64,000 bases of DNA from an uncultured Desulfarculus sp. (GTDB taxonomy: Bacteria; Desulfobacterota; Desulfarculia; Desulfarculales; Desulfarculaceae), in NCBI GenBank assembly GCA_963665125.2, contig CAXXUK010000001.1, positions 1,536,001 through 1,600,000 of the forward strand, in the 5' to 3' direction. The position numbers and the translations under genes are program-made. This document shows, piece after piece, positions 40,721 through 50,414 of the stretch. The notes beneath the pieces are model-generated. The model did not search any database, was not told the origin of the DNA, and saw only the letters and a program-made list of their open reading frames with translations. Position 1 is the stretch's first letter; each line of letters starts with the position of its first letter.

Positions 40721-41253
40721 TGGTCATCACGCCGGAACTGGCCCAACGGGCGAAAAAAATCAAGCTGCTGGTCCTGGACGTCGACGGCGTGCTCACCGAC
40801 GGCAGCGTGGTCTACGATCATGAGGGCCGCGAAATTAAGTTCTTCAACGTCCGCGACGGCCACGGCCTCAAGCTGTTCCAGCGCGCCGGCTACAAGATCG
40901 TCTGGCTCTCGGGCCGGGGCAGCGCGGCCAACCGCGTCCGGGCCAAGGAGCTTCAGATCGACCATCTTCTGGAAGACACCAAGATCAAGCTTCCGGCCTT
41001 GGAAGACATCATGAAGGCCCAGGGAGTCACCCCGGAAGAAACCGCCTTCATGGGCGACGACCTCATCGACCTGCCGCCCATGCGCATCGTGGGCCTGGCC
41101 ATGACCCCGGCCGACGGCATCGCCGAAGCCAGGCAAACCGCCCACTGGGTCTCCGACTTCAACGGCGGCAAGGGCGCCGTGCGCCAGGCCGTTGAGCTGA
41201 TCATGAAGTGCAGCGGCAAGTGGGAAGAAGTAACGGCTAGGTATTTTGATTGA
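40720..41253 (+). CDS. kdsC: KDO8P phosphatase (HAD family)
   Basis: LDVDGVLTDG, FNVRDGHG, MGDDLID, GGKGAVR; ATG overlaps the kdsA stop. Confidence 0.92.
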   Translation: MVITPELAQRAKKIKLLVLDVDGVLTDGSVVYDHEGREIKFFNVRDGHGLKLFQRAGYKIVWLSGRGSAANRVRAKELQIDHLLEDTKIKLPALEDIMKAQGVTPEETAFMGDDLIDLPPMRIVGLAMTPADGIAEARQTAHWVSDFNGGKGAVRQAVELIMKCSGKWEEVTARYFD

Positions 41254-41260
41254 TTTTCGT

Positions 41261-41368
41261 GGGGGTGTTTTAACACCCCCACACCCCTAAAAGAACTTTA
41301 CCGTTTATTGTTTGCCGGCTGCGCCGCCAAACAATAAACGGTCATGTTTTTTCGGGGCCGTGGTGGGG
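41261..41368. repeat. Nested inverted-repeat element (REP/MITE-like)
   Basis: GGGGGTGTT/AACACCCCC hairpin plus perfect 15-bp IR ACCGTTTATTGTTTG (41300-41314) / CAAACAATAAACGGT (41328-41342). Confidence 0.6.
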
Positions 41369-41384
41369 CTCTTCCGAATTAAAG

Positions 41385-41972
41385 CTACTTGAGTTTATCA
41401 AGTTCCTCGACCAGGACATCCAGGCGGGGACGCGTGTTGATGTCGTGGACGTCGATATAGCGGATTACGCCGTTTTTATCGATTATGAACAGGGCCCGTT
41501 CAGTGGTGCCGTCCGAGCGAAGCACGCCGAACTCCTGGGCCACTTTTCCATGGGGCCAGAAATCAGAGAGAACCGGGAACCAAACGCCGCCCATGGCCTT
41601 GGTCCAAGAATGCAGGGTCGGAACGTTATCGGCGGTGATTCCCAACAATATGGCGTCACGCTCGGCGAACAGTTCTTCGGCCAGGTTGTAGCCAGGCCAC
41701 TGGCCGGAGCATATCGGTGTCCAGGCAGCGGGAACAAATGAAATAACAACGTTCTTTTTACCGAGGTATTGGCCCAGGCTGACCTTTTCGCCTGATATGC
41801 CGGGCAAGGTGAATGACGGAGCCTTATCACCGACCTTGACCTTGAGTTGACTGTCGGTGGCCTTTAGTTGTCCGGGGTTGTAGATGCCTTCCTTGAGGTC
41901 GCATCGGGCCGAACTCCCCCAGAGCATCGTTGCCGCCACAACCAAGCAAATGATCATTGCCGTTTTTTTCAT
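41385..41972 (-). CDS. Exported peroxiredoxin (AhpC/TSA, AhpE-like)
   Basis: Signal peptide; FVPAAWTPICS (PxxxTxxC), LSDFWPHG, ERALFIID. Confidence 0.85.
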   Translation of the reverse strand: MKKTAMIICLVVAATMLWGSSARCDLKEGIYNPGQLKATDSQLKVKVGDKAPSFTLPGISGEKVSLGQYLGKKNVVISFVPAAWTPICSGQWPGYNLAEELFAERDAILLGITADNVPTLHSWTKAMGGVWFPVLSDFWPHGKVAQEFGVLRSDGTTERALFIIDKNGVIRYIDVHDINTRPRLDVLVEELDKLK

Positions 41973-41981
41973 GAGCCGTTC

Positions 41982-42551
41982 CTACTTCAAACCGGCCTTG
42001 CTGACAACGCTCTGCAGAAAACTCTCGGCCGAGGGCATCGCCCCCAGATGGGTGAATAAGATCCTTCCGCCGTCTTTGTTGTCGATAACCACAAAGAACG
42101 GAGTCATCGGATTGCCAAGCTGACCGTGGACAACGCCTTCCGGGTCAGGCAGCAGAGGAAACGCCACCTTGAACTTCTTGCGGAACAGGTCGGTCTCCAT
42201 GCGGCTGTTCTTCACGCCCACGCCAAAAATCTTGATTTTGTCCCCCAGGCCCTTCTGGTTGATAAGTTTGTAGAACTCATTAACCTGGGGGGCCTCCTCC
42301 TGGCAATAGGTGCAGTACATGCTGAAAAGCTGAAGCACCACCAACGGGGACTTTATTTGATCAAGCGAAAATTCCTTGGCGCCATTGGCCACGTCGAGAT
42401 AGGCCAGGTCCTCGTTTGAAACCGGCGCGGCAAAGCTGATCTTGCCGAGTTTGTCTCCTGCCTTGGGTGGCTCCTGGGCCGACGCGGCAAGTGGCGACAG
42501 GGCCAAAATCGCTACCAGGCACAATACTGGAAATGTTGTTTTTCTGACCAT
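41982..42551 (-). CDS. Exported TlpA/redoxin family thiol-disulfide protein
   Basis: Signal peptide; FSMYCTYCQEEAP CxxC; TPFF cis-Pro loop. Confidence 0.85.
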   Translation of the reverse strand: MVRKTTFPVLCLVAILALSPLAASAQEPPKAGDKLGKISFAAPVSNEDLAYLDVANGAKEFSLDQIKSPLVVLQLFSMYCTYCQEEAPQVNEFYKLINQKGLGDKIKIFGVGVKNSRMETDLFRKKFKVAFPLLPDPEGVVHGQLGNPMTPFFVVIDNKDGGRILFTHLGAMPSAESFLQSVVSKAGLK

Positions 42552-42658
42552 TTTTACCTAAACAGAGGGAACCGGCTAATTGTCTGAGCTATTCTTCTAT
42601 TTTTTTATGCCGGAAACGGACAATGCAAGAATATTTTTAACTACCAATTAAATATGGT

Positions 42659-43462
42659 TTATGCCAATTCGTGGCTGCGTTTGGTCGCCGCCGCGACGGC
42701 CTTCATGACGGCGGCCCGAAGACCACTTTCTTCCAAGGCCAGCACGCCACTGATGGTTGTGCCGCCGGGTGAGGTGACCTGGTCCTTTAAAACAGCGGGG
42801 TGCTGACCGCTGCGGGCCACCATTTCCGCGGAACCGGCCACTGTCCGGGTGGCCAGCTCCAGGGCCACCGGCCTGGGCAGACCCTGCATCACTCCGGCGT
42901 CGGCCAGGGCCTCGATGAACATGTAGACATATGCCGGTCCGGAGCCGGAAAGCCCCGTGACGGCGTCCATCTGGGCCTCGTTGACTTGGGCCACGCTGCC
43001 CACGGCCTCAAAGACCTGACGGGCCAGCTTGAGGTGTTCCTCATCGGCCGAATCGCCGGGGGCGATGGCGGTGACGCCCTTGCCCACCAGGGCGGGAGTA
43101 TTGGGCATGGCCCGCACCACGGCGATATTTCTGGGCAAAGCGTTTTGCACCGAGGCGATGCGCACTCCGGCGGCGATGCTTATCACCAGGGCCCCGCTGT
43201 TTAAACAGCCACTGGCGCCGGACACGCAGGCCGTGATATCCAAGGGCTTGACCGCCAGGATCAGGATATCGATATTATTGAGTTCCCGGATTGCCTCGAC
43301 GACCTTTACACCGTACTCGCCGGCCAGGTACTCGGCCCTGGCGGCGCTTTTTTCCGCCACCTGGATCTGAGCGGCGTCCACGCCCTTGCCGAGCAAACCG
43401 GCCAACAAGGCCGCGCCCATGTTGCCGCCGCCGATAAATCCTATTTGTCCCTTGATAGCCAT
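42659..43462 (-). CDS. proC: Pyrroline-5-carboxylate reductase
   Basis: FIGGGNMG, RAMPNTP, LSGSGPAY, VTSPGGTT. Confidence 0.95.
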   Translation of the reverse strand: MAIKGQIGFIGGGNMGAALLAGLLGKGVDAAQIQVAEKSAARAEYLAGEYGVKVVEAIRELNNIDILILAVKPLDITACVSGASGCLNSGALVISIAAGVRIASVQNALPRNIAVVRAMPNTPALVGKGVTAIAPGDSADEEHLKLARQVFEAVGSVAQVNEAQMDAVTGLSGSGPAYVYMFIEALADAGVMQGLPRPVALELATRTVAGSAEMVARSGQHPAVLKDQVTSPGGTTISGVLALEESGLRAAVMKAVAAATKRSHELA

Positions 43463-43470
43463 TTTTTCTC

Positions 43471-44883
43471 TCACGTCAGTTGGCGGACCAGGTAACTGCG
43501 GCCTCCCCTTTTGCCTTGCACTTCGACAAGTCCGGCCTCGGCCAAGGCCCGCAGCATGTTTTTGGCCGTGGAATCGGAAACGCCCAGTTCCTCACGCAGA
43601 TTCCTATTATAAACCTCTTCGCCGCTGGATTGGGCCAGCAACTTGGCCAGATGCCCCTTTCGGTTTTGGACAATGCCGTCAACGCCGGCCAAACGCGTCT
43701 CGAACAGCTTCGCAAGCGTGTCCGGATCGCCCTGGCGGACCTTTTGGGGCAGTTCTTCGGGGCCGATGAGTTCGCCATGAGCCAGGGCCACGGCCTGCTG
43801 CACCACGTTGCGCAGCTCCCGCACATTGCCCGGCCACTGGTATTTACTCAATACGGCAATGGCATCCGGGCTGAAGCCGCGCTCGCAGCCCACACTGCGG
43901 CAGGCATCCCGGCGGAAGTGCTCCACAAGCTCGGGAAGGTCTTCAATGCGCCGACGCAGGGGCGGCAGCCGCAGGGGCAGAACGTCTATGCGGTATTGCA
44001 GGGCCGTATTGAATTCGCCCCGGGACGCCAAGTCCTCAAGGTCTTGGGATGAGGCTGTAATCAGCCGGAAGTCCACCCGGACCGGCCGCTCGGAGCCCAC
44101 CGGCATCACGGCCGTTTCCTCCAGCACCCGCAGCAGTTTTTTCTGCAATTGCGGCGTGCTCTCGTTTATTTCGTCTAAAAACAAGGTGCCGCTGTCAGCC
44201 GCCCTGATATGCCCCTTGCGGGGTTTGTCCGCCCCGGTGTAGGCCCCGCGTACGCTGCCGAAGAGTTCGGCCTCCAACAGCGTCTCGGACAAGGCGGCGC
44301 AGTTGACGGCCTGGAAAGGACCGTTTCGCCTAGGAGACAGGTTGTGCAGCCGGCGGGCCATGACTTCCTTGCCCGTTCCGCTTTCACCCTGCAGACACAC
44401 CGGCAATTCGCAGGCGGCCACCCTCTCCAGTTGCTCCAGCAGTTTGGCGAACTCCGGTGATTGGCCGCCCACCATACCGTCTCCGGCAGCCGCTGACGGC
44501 CCGGCTTCCACTCCCTGCTTGGCCACTTGGCTCACGGCGGGCAGTTCCATCAGCCGATCGGACAACCCCACCAGCCTGGCCCGCATTACGGCGGCCAACT
44601 CGGGCCGCTGGGCCAGGCATTGCTCCGTTGCCTTGCCTATGGCCTCCAAAACGCCGACCTTGTCCATCCGCCCCGGCGGCATGTCCATTACGGCGCGCAC
44701 CACGCCCTTGGCCAGGCGGTTGCAAAGATCCAGGACTTCCGCATCGATATCGACTGCCGGACCCCGTATTTTTATTATTTCCGACACCCGTGGCCCCCCC
44801 ATTGCGCCAACAGATATTAGATTTGCGCTCAACCATGATGAGGCCGCAAGTAATATCTTAGTGTCAGAATGATTAGGCAACAA
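43471..44883 (-). CDS. Sigma-54-dependent transcriptional activator (bEBP) with a C-terminal winged HTH
   Basis: GESGTGKE, ELFG..RGAYTGA, LFLDEI, WPGNVRELRN. Confidence 0.88.
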   Translation of the reverse strand: MLPNHSDTKILLAASSWLSANLISVGAMGGPRVSEIIKIRGPAVDIDAEVLDLCNRLAKGVVRAVMDMPPGRMDKVGVLEAIGKATEQCLAQRPELAAVMRARLVGLSDRLMELPAVSQVAKQGVEAGPSAAAGDGMVGGQSPEFAKLLEQLERVAACELPVCLQGESGTGKEVMARRLHNLSPRRNGPFQAVNCAALSETLLEAELFGSVRGAYTGADKPRKGHIRAADSGTLFLDEINESTPQLQKKLLRVLEETAVMPVGSERPVRVDFRLITASSQDLEDLASRGEFNTALQYRIDVLPLRLPPLRRRIEDLPELVEHFRRDACRSVGCERGFSPDAIAVLSKYQWPGNVRELRNVVQQAVALAHGELIGPEELPQKVRQGDPDTLAKLFETRLAGVDGIVQNRKGHLAKLLAQSSGEEVYNRNLREELGVSDSTAKNMLRALAEAGLVEVQGKRGGRSYLVRQLT

Positions 44884-45022
44884 TGACCTCCTGGCTGATA
44901 ACGCTTCCCGCGATCAGTGCGTAGACAACATGTCACCGTGGTTGCCTCGCCTCTGGCCGGGTGTTATAACACATTTTAAAGACATGGGAAATGACCCGTG
45001 AACCAGGCTCAATGGAGTTGGC

Positions 45023-46123
45023 ATGATTAAAAAGCGGATTTCCAGGCTGCGTGAGCTTATCCAGCGCAATCAATTGGACGGACTCCTGATCAGTCTTCCG
45101 GCAAACCGGCGCTATCTTTCGGGTTTTGAACCAGACGACAGCCAGCCGGGAGAATCGTCGGGCCACCTGCTCATTTCAGCCGCCGGAGCCTTTTTACTGA
45201 CCGACTTCCGCTATAAACTCACGGCCTTGGAGCAAGCCCAATATTTCGAGACCGTTATCTACACCAAGGGACTGGCCCACAGCCTCGGCCAACTGGCCGG
45301 TGATCTGCGCCTGAAGAAGCTTGGCTTCGAGGCGGATGCGCTACTGGTCTCGCAGTATCAAATGCTGACCAAAGCCCTGCCCGATATCGAATTTCAACCC
45401 ACCACGGGTTTCGTGTCAAAACTGCGCAAATACAAGGACAGGGCCGAGCTGATGGCCCTGGAAAAAAGCGCCCTGCTCATGGAGCGGGTACTCGATCCGA
45501 TCATGAACGGCCCCCTGGTGGGACGCAGCGAACGTGAAGTGGCCTTGCAGATCGTACGGACCATCGAAGACAACGGCGGCGACGGACCGGCCTTCCCGCC
45601 CATCGTGGCCAGCGGCCCCAACGCGGCCGAGCCCCATGCCGAGCCCGGACCGAGAATCATAGCCGAGGGCGAGCCGGTGCTGTTCGACGTGGGTGCCAAA
45701 CTGAACGGCTATCATTCGGACATGAGCCGCACTGTGGTGGCCGGCGGCCTGGAAAAGGCCGATGACCAATTCAAGAAAGTCTACGCCACGGTGCGCCAGG
45801 CCCAGTTGACGGCCCTGGAGTTGATCATGCCGGGCCTGCTGGGCGCCGAAGCTGATGAACTGGCCAGGGCCATTATCCACGAGGCCGGGTATGAGGGCAA
45901 ATTCGGCCATTCCCTGGGCCACGGCATCGGCCTGGCAACCCATGAAGCGCCCTCGGTGGGCCCCAGTTCCGGGGAGATGCTCACCGAAGGCATGGTCTTC
46001 ACCATAGAACCGGGTATCTATCTTGCCGGATGGGGCGGCGTGCGTCTGGAAGTCATGGTGGCCCTGGAGGCCGAAGGCTGCCGGCTGATCGGCAGCGGCG
46101 GCGGATTCTATGATTTGACCTGA
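45023..46123 (+). CDS. Xaa-Pro aminopeptidase (M24)
   Basis: TDFRY, DVGA...YHSDMSRT, HSLGHGIG, TIEPGIY, GVRLE. Confidence 0.92.
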   Translation: MIKKRISRLRELIQRNQLDGLLISLPANRRYLSGFEPDDSQPGESSGHLLISAAGAFLLTDFRYKLTALEQAQYFETVIYTKGLAHSLGQLAGDLRLKKLGFEADALLVSQYQMLTKALPDIEFQPTTGFVSKLRKYKDRAELMALEKSALLMERVLDPIMNGPLVGRSEREVALQIVRTIEDNGGDGPAFPPIVASGPNAAEPHAEPGPRIIAEGEPVLFDVGAKLNGYHSDMSRTVVAGGLEKADDQFKKVYATVRQAQLTALELIMPGLLGAEADELARAIIHEAGYEGKFGHSLGHGIGLATHEAPSVGPSSGEMLTEGMVFTIEPGIYLAGWGGVRLEVMVALEAEGCRLIGSGGGFYDLT

Positions 46124-46140
46124 GCAGGCGGTGCGAACCC

Positions 46141-47055
46141 GTGACACCCAAAACTGATCTTGACCTCTACGGCATGGTCGATGTTTACCTGAGCCACCTT
46201 GCCGCCGAGCGGGGCCTGGCCGAGACCACGGTGCGCTCCTACGCCGAGGACCTGGCCGACATCTGCGGCTTTTTGGACCAAAACGGCGTCACGGCCTGGG
46301 ACCAGTTCAAAGACCTGCACATGGTATCCTACCTGGCCCAAAAGGCCAGGGATGGGCTGGCTCCGGCCAGCCGGGCCAGACGCCTGTCGGCGGCCCGGGG
46401 GCTGATGCAGTACCTCATGCGCAGGGAGCTTCTGGACGACGATCCCCTGGCCGGCCTGCGGGGGCCCAAGCAAAACCAGGGTCTTCCCAGCTTTCTGAGC
46501 CGGGAGGAGATCAGCCGTTTGCTGGAAACCCCGCCGGACCACACAGACCTGGGCCTGCGCGACCGGGCCATGCTGGAAATGATGTACGGCGCCGGGCTCA
46601 GGGCATCGGAGATAACCACCATCGGAGTGGGCCAGATCCAATTCCAGGTGGGCTGCCTGATGGTCCGGGGCAAGGGCAACAAGGAGCGCATCGTGCCCCT
46701 GCACCAGCTGGCCCTGGACCGGCTGGGGGCATACCTGGAAGGCCCCCGGGCCCGGCTGCTGGCCGGTCGGCCGCCCAGGGAAGAAGTCTTCCTGAACGCC
46801 AGGGGCGGCGCCCTTAGCCGCATGGGCCTTTGGAAGATTCTGAGCAAACACGTGACCGCGGCGGGCATAACAACCCATGTCAGCCCGCACACCCTGCGCC
46901 ACACCTTTGCCACCCACCTGTTGGAAGGCGGCGCCGACCTGCGAAGCGTACAACTGATGCTGGGCCATGCGGACATCAGCACGACACAAGTGTATACTCA
47001 CGTTACGACCAAACGACTGGCAGAAGTGCACAGCCGCTATCACCCCAGGGGGTGA
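46141..47055 (+). CDS. xerD: Tyrosine recombinase XerD
   Basis: RDRAMLEMMYGAGLRASE, GKGNKER, SPHTLRHTFATHLL, LGHADISTTQVYTH, YHPRG end. Confidence 0.92.
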   Translation: MTPKTDLDLYGMVDVYLSHLAAERGLAETTVRSYAEDLADICGFLDQNGVTAWDQFKDLHMVSYLAQKARDGLAPASRARRLSAARGLMQYLMRRELLDDDPLAGLRGPKQNQGLPSFLSREEISRLLETPPDHTDLGLRDRAMLEMMYGAGLRASEITTIGVGQIQFQVGCLMVRGKGNKERIVPLHQLALDRLGAYLEGPRARLLAGRPPREEVFLNARGGALSRMGLWKILSKHVTAAGITTHVSPHTLRHTFATHLLEGGADLRSVQLMLGHADISTTQVYTHVTTKRLAEVHSRYHPRG

Positions 47056-47063
47056 AGGAGACC

Positions 47064-49742
47064 ATGGCCGACAACAACAATAACAACATCCGCAACGTGG
47101 ATGTGATCACCACCCACGTCAACGCGGACTTCGACGCCCTGGCCAGCATGCTGGCCGCGGCCAAGCTCTACCCCCAGGCCATGCTGGCCTTCCCAGGGGC
47201 CCAGGAGCGCAACCTGCGCAACTTTTACGTTGAGTCGGTGTGCTTTCTCTACAATTTCGTCAAAGTCAAACAGGTGCCTTTTGACAGGGTCAAGCGGCTG
47301 ATATTGGTGGACACCAGGCGCAAGGACCGCATCGGCGCCTTTGCCAAACTGGCCAAGGACCCCGAGGTCGAAGTCATAGCCTATGACCACCACCCTGACA
47401 GCGAACAGGACGTCAAGGCCGACCAACAAGAGGTGGAGCAGATCGGCGCCACGGTGAGCCTGTTGTGCCGCCATTTGCGGGAGCAACAAATCGAACTCAC
47501 CGAGGACGAAGCCACCCTGATGTCCCTGGGCATCTATGAAGACACCGGCAGTTTCACCTTCACCTCCACCACGCCGGACGACTACCAGGCCGCCGCATGG
47601 TTCCTGCATCAAGGGGCCAATCTCAGCGTGATCAGCGAATTGATCACCCGCGAACTCACGGCCGAGGAAATAGGCCTGTTGAACGACCTGATCCACGACT
47701 CGGAAAAAACAAACGTCAACGGCACCGAGGTGGTGATCTCCGAAGTCAGCCGTGAAACCTACTTTCCCGAGTTCGCCGTCTTGGTGCACAAGTTCATGGA
47801 GATGGAAAACCTCGACGCCATCTTCGCCCTGGCCCGCATGGAGGGCCGCATCTACCTGGTGGCCCGCTCCCGGCTGCACGAGGTTGACGTGGGCGTCATC
47901 ACCAAGGCAATGGGCGGCGGCGGACACCCCACGGCGGCCAGCGCCACCATGCGCGACATCACCTTGGTGGAGGCCCGGGCCAAGCTGGAAATGGCCCTGC
48001 AGACCCACATCAACCCCAGCATAATGGCCAGCCAGTTGATGACAAGCCCGGTGATCACCGTGGAAATCGACACACCCCTGAGCGAACTGCCGGACCGTTT
48101 CACCCGCTATGACATCAACGTTCTGCCCGTGGTTCAAAACAACGAAATCAAGGGCATAATCACCCGCCAAGACGTGGAAAAGGCCGTCTACCATGGACTG
48201 GGCAACTATCCCATCGGCGAATACATGACGCCGGGGGTGCATCCGGTGGCGCCCAATGCGCCGCTGGCCGATGTGGAAAAGGCCCTTCTGGAAGAGCGCT
48301 TCCGCCTTATTCCGGTGATGGAAGACGGCAAGATGCTCGGCGTGATCACCCGCACCGACCTGCTCAATACGCTCATCGAACGGCCCCTGGTGGCCGATCA
48401 CCTGCAGAACGACGACACCGGCAACCACCCCATCCGCCATAAAAACGTGGGCAACATGGTGCGCGAACGACTGCCCAAACCCGTTGTGCGCATCTTGCAG
48501 GATATCGGCAAGGTGGGCGACGACCTGGGCATGGACGTCTACCTGGTGGGCGGCTCGGTGCGCGATCTGTTCCTGCGCAGCGACAACCTGGACCTGGACG
48601 TGGTCGTAGAGGGCGACGGCATCCGTTTGGCCCGGACCTTCAGCAAATTCCGAGGCGACGTGCGCGTTCGAGCCCACAAGAAATTCAACACGGCCAAGCT
48701 TATTTTCGACGACGGCCTGACCATCGACGTAGCCTCGGCCCGCCTGGAATACTACATGTCTCCGGCGGCCCTGCCCGTGGTGGAGCATTCCAGCATCAAG
48801 CTGGACCTCTACCGCCGGGACTTCACAATCAACACCCTGGCCATCAAGCTCAGCGGCGGCCAATTCGGCATGCTCATCGACTTTTTCGAAGCCATGCGCG
48901 ACATCAAGGAAAAGGTCATCAGGGTGTTGCACAACCTGTCTTTCGTGGAAGACCCCACCAGGGTTTTCCGGGCCATTCGCTTTGAACAGCGCTTCGGCTT
49001 CCGCATCGGCAAGCTCACCGAGGCCCTGATAAAAAACGCCATCAAGATCGACGCCTTCAGGCGGTTGACCGGCACCCGTCTTTTCAGCGAGTTCAAGCAT
49101 ATGCTTGATGAAGAAAAGGTCACCGACTGCATCCAGAGGCTGGATCAATTCAAGCTGCTGGGCATTTTTCACTCCGAACTCAAACTTACGCCTAAACAAA
49201 ACGAGATCCTGGGCCGGGCCGATGAAGCACTGTCCTGGTACAAGCTTTCCTTTATTGAAAAGCCGCTCAGGCGCTGGCTGTTGTTCTTCCTGGCCATGAC
49301 CGAAGGCTTGGACGAAAACCAGGTTGGTGAAATGTGCCGCAGGCTGAGCATGGCTCCCAAGCTGCGTAACGAAATCCGCGAGATGCGGGCCAATGCCCTA
49401 AAGGCCGTCAACATCATGCAGCGCCGCACTCCGCCCGCATCGCTCATCCACAAGCTGCTGATTCCGCTGCATCTGGAATACCAGCTTTTCATCATGGCCA
49501 AAACCGGCAAGGAGCACGTGCGCCGGGCCGTGAGCCAGTATCTGACAACGCTGGTCAACATTCGGCCCGAAACCACAGGTGACGACCTTACGGCCATGGG
49601 CTATGAACCGGGCCCGTTATACAAGAAGATCCTGGACCGCATTCTCGCGGCGAAGCTCGACGGCGAGGTCCTGGGACGCCAGGGCGAGATAGACCTGATC
49701 AAACGCGAATTCAGCCATCATCCAGCGGAGGCCGCTTCATGA
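47064..49742 (+). CDS. DHH-CBS-tRNA nucleotidyltransferase (likely A-adding enzyme)
   Basis: THVNADFD, DHH, GGGGH, two CBS domains, LVGGSVRD, DLDVVV, DLYRRDFTIN, EDPTR.FRAIRF; ATG 47064 after AAGGAG. Confidence 0.88.
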   Translation: MADNNNNNIRNVDVITTHVNADFDALASMLAAAKLYPQAMLAFPGAQERNLRNFYVESVCFLYNFVKVKQVPFDRVKRLILVDTRRKDRIGAFAKLAKDPEVEVIAYDHHPDSEQDVKADQQEVEQIGATVSLLCRHLREQQIELTEDEATLMSLGIYEDTGSFTFTSTTPDDYQAAAWFLHQGANLSVISELITRELTAEEIGLLNDLIHDSEKTNVNGTEVVISEVSRETYFPEFAVLVHKFMEMENLDAIFALARMEGRIYLVARSRLHEVDVGVITKAMGGGGHPTAASATMRDITLVEARAKLEMALQTHINPSIMASQLMTSPVITVEIDTPLSELPDRFTRYDINVLPVVQNNEIKGIITRQDVEKAVYHGLGNYPIGEYMTPGVHPVAPNAPLADVEKALLEERFRLIPVMEDGKMLGVITRTDLLNTLIERPLVADHLQNDDTGNHPIRHKNVGNMVRERLPKPVVRILQDIGKVGDDLGMDVYLVGGSVRDLFLRSDNLDLDVVVEGDGIRLARTFSKFRGDVRVRAHKKFNTAKLIFDDGLTIDVASARLEYYMSPAALPVVEHSSIKLDLYRRDFTINTLAIKLSGGQFGMLIDFFEAMRDIKEKVIRVLHNLSFVEDPTRVFRAIRFEQRFGFRIGKLTEALIKNAIKIDAFRRLTGTRLFSEFKHMLDEEKVTDCIQRLDQFKLLGIFHSELKLTPKQNEILGRADEALSWYKLSFIEKPLRRWLLFFLAMTEGLDENQVGEMCRRLSMAPKLRNEIREMRANALKAVNIMQRRTPPASLIHKLLIPLHLEYQLFIMAKTGKEHVRRAVSQYLTTLVNIRPETTGDDLTAMGYEPGPLYKKILDRILAAKLDGEVLGRQGEIDLIKREFSHHPAEAAS

Positions 49743-50407
49743 ATTTTGATTTTACGGAATTTTTAATCAGGGTTTTGCTGTTGGCGCCGCCGATCCTCAT
49801 AGCCCTTACCGTGCACGAGGTGTCCCACGGCGTCGTGGCCCTGCGCTTCGGAGACCCCACGGCCAAGATGGCCGGGCGCCTGACCCTCAATCCCCTGAAG
49901 CACCTGGACCCGGCGGGCACCCTGGTCTTTTTCGTCACGGCCTTTCTTGGCTCGGGCTTTGGCTGGGCCAAACCAGTGCCGGTAAACCCGCGCTATTTCA
50001 AGAATCCGCGCAAGGACATGATGTGGGTTTCGGCGGCCGGCCCCATTGCCAATATTCTGTGTGCCACGGCCTGTGCCTTTGTGCTAAAAGGTGTGGTGGC
50101 TTTGGGGTTGCACCAGGGCATGGCAGGGGCGTTTTTGGGCCAAATGTTCGCCTATGGCGTATTCATCAACGTGATCCTGGCCTTTTTTAACCTGATCCCC
50201 CTGCCTCCGCTGGACGGCTCCGGGGTGTTGGCCGGGCTGTTGCCGCCCCGTGCCGCTTACAGTTATCAGCAAAAGCTGAGCCGCTACGGTTTCGCCATTC
50301 TGCTGGCTTTGCTGTTTTTACCGGCGCTGATTCCGGTCTTTCCCGACATTATCGGCGGGATCATCGTACCGGCCGCCGCCTGGCTGACCGATCTGCTTAT
50401 TGGCTGA
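49739..50407 (+). CDS. Site-2 protease family (M50) protein
   Basis: HEVSH, AAGP, FNLIPLPPLDG. Confidence 0.92.
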   Translation: MNFDFTEFLIRVLLLAPPILIALTVHEVSHGVVALRFGDPTAKMAGRLTLNPLKHLDPAGTLVFFVTAFLGSGFGWAKPVPVNPRYFKNPRKDMMWVSAAGPIANILCATACAFVLKGVVALGLHQGMAGAFLGQMFAYGVFINVILAFFNLIPLPPLDGSGVLAGLLPPRAAYSYQQKLSRYGFAILLALLFLPALIPVFPDIIGGIIVPAAAWLTDLLIG

Positions 50408-50414
50408 GTAGCGC

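Noticed and set aside
41385..42551. Selenocysteine recoding in the redoxin pair
   Set aside because: Both ORFs are uninterrupted and use Cys at the active-site positions; there is no in-frame TGA.
46141..47055. Second mobile-element integrase
   Set aside because: Canonical XerD sequence in a housekeeping operon with host-like GC and no att features.
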